A DNA stretch of 64,000 bases from the NCBI GenBank assembly GCA_965203905.1, contig CBDBDQ010000005.1, forward strand, positions 6,496,001-6,560,000. Direction: 5' to 3'. The notes below the pieces were generated by a model. The model searched no databases, was not told the origin of the DNA, and saw only the letters and a list, made by a program, of their open reading frames with translations. Both the position numbers and the translations under genes were made by a program. This stretch comes from Spirochaetia bacterium (GTDB taxonomy: Bacteria > Spirochaetota > Spirochaetia > SZUA-6 > Bin103). Positions 58,067 to 64,000 of the stretch are shown here, piece by piece (position 1 is the first letter of the stretch; every line of letters begins with the position of its first letter).

Positions 58067-59035
58067 ATGGAACTTGGCACCAGATCCTTCACCCGCGGCC
58101 TGCACGAAGTCGGGGCCCGGTGCTATGCGTGGATCCAGCCTGACGGCGGTTGGGGCTGGAGCAATGCGGGACTCGTCGTCGATGGCGACGAGAGCCTGCT
58201 GGTGGATACCCTGTTCGATCTGAACCTCACGCGCGCCATGCTCGCCGTCATGCGCGATGCGGAGCCGGCCGCCACCCGCAACTTCGACCGGCTGGTCAAC
58301 ACCCACGCCAACCCCGACCACTGCAACGGGAACGAGTTGGTGGCCGAGGCGGAGATCATCGCCTCCAAGGCCGCGGCCGAGGAGATGGCCGGCGAGAGTC
58401 CGGCGCGGCTCGCCGCGATCATGCGGCAAGCTCCGAGCATGGGCGAGACGGGGGAGTTTCTGATCGAATCGTTCGGCGCCTTCGACTTCGAGGGGATCAC
58501 GCAGACCCTGCCGACGACCACGTTCCAAGGTGACTACCAGACGCGCGTCGGCGACAAGCGCGTCGTCCTGAAGCAGGTCGGGCCGTGCCATACCGCGGGC
58601 GACATCCTGGCCTACGTACCGGACGACAACCTTGTATTCAGCGGCGACATACTGTTCGTCGGGGGCCATCCGATCCTGTGGGCGGGGCCGGCGGCGAACT
58701 GGATCGCCGCCTGCGATTACCTGCTCCGGTTGCCGGTCGACGTCATCGTCCCCGGCCATGGCCCCGTGACCGACAAGCGCGGCGTTCGGGGCGTCAGGGA
58801 CTACCTGGTGTACGTACGGGACGAGGCGAAGGTCCGTTTCGACGCCGGGTTGAGCGTCTACGACGCGGCAATGGACATCTCGCTCGCGGACTTCGACTCG
58901 TGGGGCGATGCCGAGCGGATCGTGGTCAATGTCGCGACGCTGTATCGCGAGTTCGGCTCCAGCGAGCAGCCCGGCGATCCGTTCCAGTTGATGGCGAGGA
59001 TTCGCAAGGAGCGCGCGAAGGGAAAGAAGAGGTAG
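58067..59035 (+). CDS. MBL-fold metallo-hydrolase (cyclase-like)
   Basis: SNAG, LVDT, NTHANPDH, HTAGD, PGHG. Confidence 0.92.
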   Translation: MELGTRSFTRGLHEVGARCYAWIQPDGGWGWSNAGLVVDGDESLLVDTLFDLNLTRAMLAVMRDAEPAATRNFDRLVNTHANPDHCNGNELVAEAEIIASKAAAEEMAGESPARLAAIMRQAPSMGETGEFLIESFGAFDFEGITQTLPTTTFQGDYQTRVGDKRVVLKQVGPCHTAGDILAYVPDDNLVFSGDILFVGGHPILWAGPAANWIAACDYLLRLPVDVIVPGHGPVTDKRGVRGVRDYLVYVRDEAKVRFDAGLSVYDAAMDISLADFDSWGDAERIVVNVATLYREFGSSEQPGDPFQLMARIRKERAKGKKR

Positions 59036-59041
59036 GGCGGA

Positions 59042-59767
59042 GTGGCACTCGACAGCACGAACAACCTCACCGGCGGCGTGATTGACGCCCTGTCCGGGGT
59101 GACCACCGCCACCCTGACGACGCTGCTGCTCAAGAAGGGGCTGCGCAGCGTGTGGATGCGCGGTACCCGGCCGCTGCAGGCAGGCCAGCCGCGGGTGGTC
59201 GGTCGCGCCTTCACGCTGCGCTTCGTGCCGGCGAGGGAGGATCTGGCGACGCCGGAATCGTGGAGCTCGCCGCGTTCCACCCGCGCGGCGATCGAGGCGA
59301 TGCCGGAGGGCTGCGTCGTCGTGGTGGGTGCGATGGGCTGCACCGACGCCGGCATCTTCGGCGACATCCTGTGCGCGCGGATGGGGAAGCGCGGGGTGGC
59401 CGGGCTGGTCACCGACGGGGTGATGCGCGACGGCGACGGCGTCCTGTCCACCGGGCTCCCGGTGTGGTGCCAGGGCATTGCCGCGCCACCGTCAGTGGCC
59501 GGATTGACCTTCGTCGGCTGGCAGGAACCGATCGGCTGCGGCGGGGTGGCGGTGTTCCCGGACGACCTCGTGGTGGCGGACGGCGACGGTGCCGTCGTGA
59601 TTCCCTCCGCGCTGGTTGCGGAAATGGCCGACGCCGGCCCGGAGCAGGAGCGCCTGGAAGCGTGGATCATGGAGCAGGTGGACGGCGGCGCGCCGTTGCC
59701 GGGCCTGTATCCGCCGAACGACGAGACCCGCGCCCGCTACGAGGCTGTGCGCGGCTCCCACCCGTAG
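59042..59767 (+). CDS. RraA/HMG-aldolase family protein
   Basis: VGRAFT, FGDIL, TDGVMRD, ADGDGAVVIP. Confidence 0.9.
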   Translation: MALDSTNNLTGGVIDALSGVTTATLTTLLLKKGLRSVWMRGTRPLQAGQPRVVGRAFTLRFVPAREDLATPESWSSPRSTRAAIEAMPEGCVVVVGAMGCTDAGIFGDILCARMGKRGVAGLVTDGVMRDGDGVLSTGLPVWCQGIAAPPSVAGLTFVGWQEPIGCGGVAVFPDDLVVADGDGAVVIPSALVAEMADAGPEQERLEAWIMEQVDGGAPLPGLYPPNDETRARYEAVRGSHP

Positions 59768-59786
59768 TGGCAGACAGGGGAAACGC

Positions 59787-60554
59787 ATGTCTCTGACACC
59801 CGGCACCAGGGCACTGCTGGCCGCTCTGCCGCTCGCCGCTCTGGTGGCAATGGCCGGCTGCCACACCGGCTCGACCGTCGTGCGCGGCCCGGCCGTACCC
59901 GCCGCCGCGCCCGCGCCGGGTACCATCCATGCCTGGGCCGAAGGCCGTGCGGAGGCCGTTCCCGACATCGCCGTCGTGCGCATGAGCATCGAGACCAGCG
60001 GCCGAACGGTGCGCGCGGCCAGAGAGCGGGCCGCCGGCGTGACCCGCGCGGTGATCGCAGAGCTCGCACGGCAGGGCGTGGAGGATCGGGACATTCGCAC
60101 CAGCAGGTTCAGCATCCGCGCCGACTACCAGTACGCCGACGACGGCCGCCGCCACCTGACCGGCTACCAGGTGAGTCATGCCCTGACGGTGGAGATCGCC
60201 AACCTGGAGTCGGTGGGAGCCGCCATCGATGCCCTGTCGGAAGCCGGCGGCGACGCACTGGCATTCCACGCCATCGAGTTTGGCTACGCCGACCCGGAGC
60301 GGCTCCTGGAGCAGGCACGCCGCAACGCCGTCGAGAACCTGCAGCGCCATGCGCAGCAGCTCGCGGCAGCCGCCAACCGGGAGCTCGGCCCGCTGCTGGA
60401 GCTCACCGAGTTGAGCGGAACGCCGGATTCGGGCCCTCCAGGACCCTACCTCGCCGCGGAGGTGATGGCTCGCTCGCGTCCGGCCGACACGCCGATCAGC
60501 GCCGGCAGCGGAACCGTCAGCATAACCGTGCGCGGTGTATTCGAACTGCGCTGA
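59787..60554 (+). CDS. SIMPL (DUF541) domain lipoprotein
   Basis: MAGC lipobox; AVPD, DIRT, GYQVS, PISAG. Confidence 0.88.
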   Translation: MSLTPGTRALLAALPLAALVAMAGCHTGSTVVRGPAVPAAAPAPGTIHAWAEGRAEAVPDIAVVRMSIETSGRTVRAARERAAGVTRAVIAELARQGVEDRDIRTSRFSIRADYQYADDGRRHLTGYQVSHALTVEIANLESVGAAIDALSEAGGDALAFHAIEFGYADPERLLEQARRNAVENLQRHAQQLAAAANRELGPLLELTELSGTPDSGPPGPYLAAEVMARSRPADTPISAGSGTVSITVRGVFELR

Positions 60555-60567
60555 CGACGAGAGGCAG

Positions 60568-62384
60568 CTACCGGTCCGACGATGACGATTCGCTCGCCGC
60601 ATCGCCGTCTGCGGCGCGGCGGACGTACGGCTCGGTTGCAAGCGGGCCACGTTCGCGCTTGCGGCGCTCCCTTAGCGCGGCGGTGCCGGCCGGATCGACC
60701 CGGCCATCCGCCGCCAGCACCACGCCGTAAGCGGCACGCGCATGGGCGGCGCTGATCTTGCCCTGGGCCGCGTCTTCACGCACCGCCTCGGGGTCGCGTT
60801 CCAGCGGGTCGCCGTAGCCGCCGCCCGGTTGCACCAGCCGGTACACCTCGCCGCGATCGAGGGTGCGCAGGAACTTGCCCGGCAGCCGTTCGCCGCCGGC
60901 GCCGCGGTCGGGGTTGAGCAGGTTGGCGCCGGCGGTCGCGGGCGAGCCGCCACGTGCCCCAGGGCAGGAACCGGGCGCGGTCGAGCGCACCTGCAGGGTG
61001 GCCTCGTCGTGGGTGAGCTGGTACTCGCGCTCCAGCCCCAGGCCGCCGCGGAAGCGGCCCGGGCCGCCGGTGTCGGGCACGAAGCCGTAGCGGCGGATGA
61101 GCAGCGGCTACGCGGCTTCGATGGTCTCGATCGGGGTGTTGGCCATGTTGTGCACCGGCGCGGTCAGGCCGTCGGCTCCGTCGGCGTGCGGGCCGCCGCC
61201 GCGCGGCGCGTCATTGTTGAACTCCAGGAACACGAAGGCGCGGCCGTCCGGGTAGTAGCCGCCGAAGCTGACCCCGAACTCGCCGCCGCCCCATGCCGCC
61301 GGCACCCGGCCGGGCAGCGCCTGGGCCAGTGCCCCGAACACGGCCTGAGCGATGCGGAAGCCGCCCAGCCCGCGCGCGGCGACCGCCGCCGGATGCTGCG
61401 GGTTGACGAACCAGCCCGGCGGCGCATGCACGACGATCGGCCGGAAGAAGCCGGCGTTGGCGTCGATCGCGGGTCGGTGAGCGTCTTGAGCACCGCGTAC
61501 ACGGCGGAGGTGGTGTACGGCAGGTTGGGGTTGATGGAGCCGGTCGCCTGCGGCGAGGTGCCGGCGAAGTCGGCGCTGAACTGGTCGCCGGCGATGGTCA
61601 CCCGCACCCGGATCTCGATCGGCTCCGGGCGGATGCCGTCGCCGTCGATATAGTCGGAAAAACTCCAGGAGCCGTCCGGCAGGGCGGCGATCTCCGCCCG
61701 CGTGCGCCGCTCGGTGTGCTCGATGATGTCGTGCAGGTAGCAGTCGAGCCGGTCGCTGCCATGCTCGGCGACGAGCGCCAGCAGGTCCTGCTCGCCCTGC
61801 TCCAGCGCCGCCACCTGCGCCAGCAGGTCGCCGTGCACCAGCGCCGGCACGCGCACGTTGCTGCCGATGATCCGCCACACCGCGTCGTTGCGCTCGCCGC
61901 CGGCGATCAGCTTCAGCGGCGGCAGCCGCAGCCCCTCCTGGTAGATCTCGGTGTTGTCGCAGGCGTTGCCGCCGGCCACGCGGCCGCCGATGTCGGTGTG
62001 GTGCGCGATCACGCACAGCCAGGCGATGAGCGTGCGCTCGGCGAACACCGGCTTGAACAGGAAGATGTCGGGCAGGTGGCTGGCGCCCGAGTACGGATCG
62101 TTGCTGGCCAGGATGTCCCCCGGCTCCACGTCGCCGGCGAACTGGGCCAGGACGCCGTCCAGGGCCGGCTGCATGGCGCCCATGTGAAACGGCAGGGTCA
62201 GCCCCTGGGCCACCTGCTCGCCGGCGCCGTTGAACACGGCGGTGGAGAAGTCCATGCCGTCCTTGACCACGGCCGAGCGCGCCGTACGCACCACGGTCAC
62301 CGCCATGCTGTCGGCGGCCGCCACCAGCGAGCTGCGGATCACCTCGCGCGTGACCGGATCGCGACGCGCCGATCGGTCCGCCAT
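60568..62384 (-). pseudogene. Hydantoinase B/oxoprolinase, disrupted
   Basis: DFSTA, NDPY..SHLPD, EIYQEGL, NTPIE, DTGGPG; frameshift near 61470, in-frame TAG at 61108, small deletions near 60960-60990. Confidence 0.85.
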
Positions 62385-64000
62385 CACCGCGTCTCCAGGA
62401 TCATGCAGCCGTGACCGGCCGCTGCCGCGCGCCAGCCGGGCGGCACCACGGTGGTCGAGTCGTACTCCTCGACGATCAGCGGACCGGCGCTGCCTCCGGT
62501 GTCCAGGACGCCACGCCCGACCACCGGCGTAAACAGCCAGCCGTGGCCGGGACCGAAGTAGACGCGGCGGTCTGCCGGCGGGCACGCCGACACCGTTGCG
62601 GCCGAGTCGCTGTCGGGTCCGGGCGCGGGCGGCGGGCATGCCGCTCCAGCGATGCGCGAGGCGTCGCCGTGGCGAGGGTCGGCTGGCGGGTGCGCGGGGC
62701 TCGTGGTGCGCGGGGCGTCGCCGTGGCCGGAATCGGCCGCCGGGCGACCCCGGTCCGTGACACCGCGTCCGATCACCCGCAGGCTCACGACCTGCACCGG
62801 CTCCTCGACGCTGTAGCCGTAGCTGCGCCGGTGCTCGCGCGTGAAGGCGGCCGCGATCGCCGGCAGCGCCGCGCTGCTGAACCGCTCGACCGTCAGGTCG
62901 ACGGTCAGCTCCGAGGTCTGGCCCTCGTACCTGGCATCGATCTGCGCCTGCAGCCGCTGCCGGGCGCCGGTGAATCCTTCGCGCGCCAGCAGCGCCCGGC
63001 ACTCGTCGCCGATGCGTTCCAGGATCGCGTTGGCGCGCTCCAGGTCGAGCGCCGCCAGGGGCTGGTTGAGGGTCTGCACGAAGTGGTGCTCGACCTCCGC
63101 GAACAGCAGTCCGAAGGCGCTGAACACGCCCGGCGACGGCGGCACGATCACCCGCCCGATGCCCAGGCTCGCCGCCAGCCCGGCCGCGTGCACCGGGCCG
63201 CTGCCGCCGAAGGCGAGCATGGCGAAGCGCCGCGGGTCGCGCCCGCGCTCGCTGGAGACCGCGCGCAGCGCTCTGCCCACCTGGCCGCCCTCCACGATCG
63301 ACGCCTTGGCGGTGGTGCCGCCCATGTCGAAGCTGATCAGGTCGGCCTGGCCCAGACGGGCGCCGATCTCGGCGGCACCGATCACGCCGGCGGCGGGCCC
63401 CGACTCGATGCAGCACATCGGCTTGCGCGCGGCCAGCTCGACCGGCATCAGGCCGCCGTTGGACTGCATCACGGTCACCGGCGCCTGCGTGCCGGCGCGG
63501 CGCAGCTCGGCTACCAGCCGCTCCAGGTAGCGCGCCACCACCGGCCGGACGTAGCCGTTGATGACGGTGGTGCTGGTGCGCTCGTACTCGCGCGCTTCCG
63601 GCAGCAGCTCGCACGACAGGCACACGTCGAGATCGGGCAGCGCGGCCCGGAGCGACGCGCCGATGCGCCGCTCATGGGCGGGATTGGCGTAGGAGTGCAG
63701 CAGGCAGACCGCCACCGAGGAGACACCCGCCTCCCGCACCGCCGCCACTGCCCGCTCCACGTCACCGGCGTCGAGCGGCACGAGCACGCGCCCGCGCGCA
63801 GCGACGCGCTCCCGCACCTCCAGGCGCAGGCGCCGCTCCACCAGCGGCGGCGGCTTGCGGTAGGCGAGGTCGTAGAGCCGCGGCACGCGCAGGCGGGCGA
63901 TCTCCAGCACGTCGCGGAACCCCTCGGTGGTGATCAGCGCCATCGCCGCGCCCTTCCCTTCCAGGATGGCGTTGGTGGCTACCGTGAAGCCGTGCACGAT
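62384..64000 (-). pseudogene. Hydantoinase A/oxoprolinase, internal deletion, 5' end outside window
   Basis: TVATNA, EYERTSTT, SGPAAG, DMGGT jumps to LRAVSSERGRDPR near 63275. Confidence 0.85.

Noticed and set aside
544-63765. Many long overlapping ORFs such as 544-1893, 9746-12199, 40589-42256, 45784-47292, 48138-50330
   Set aside because: Antisense or off-frame shadows of recognisable genes, expected at high GC; no family motifs

Overview
GC-rich bacterial chromosomal window. A Spirochaete-style solute-binding-protein N-terminus, three cytoplasmic sulfatases, three PhyH-type dioxygenases, a CRTAC1/FG-GAP gene and many toxin-antitoxin (TA) modules suggest a host-associated, possibly sponge-symbiont Spirochaetaceae-like organism (inference only). 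Catabolic genes alternate with heavily rearranged accessory patches at about 12.2-20.1, 24.6-34.2, 37.7-40.6, 43.4-45.6 and 50.7-52.0 kb, which hold TA modules and gene scraps. The best-supported unusual element is a fully bounded 4321-bp transposon (28624-32944) with 17-bp terminal inverted repeats and a 5-bp ACCGT target duplication. It is inserted in the 5' end of a UPF0175 antitoxin gene and encodes a Cys/His-rich unknown protein, a Mu/IS481-like DDE transposase, an ExeA/TnsC-like AAA+ ATPase and a second RecA/RepA-like (AAA_25) ATPase. The window also has a 5'-truncated group II intron whose 3' end forms the ATG of an HNH gene, a decayed three-gene module around a KGGVGR-motif ParA-like ATPase, and a recurrent leaderless-promoter architecture. 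I saw no CRISPR array, rRNA or tRNA. All family calls come from motif recognition by eye; no database search was run.
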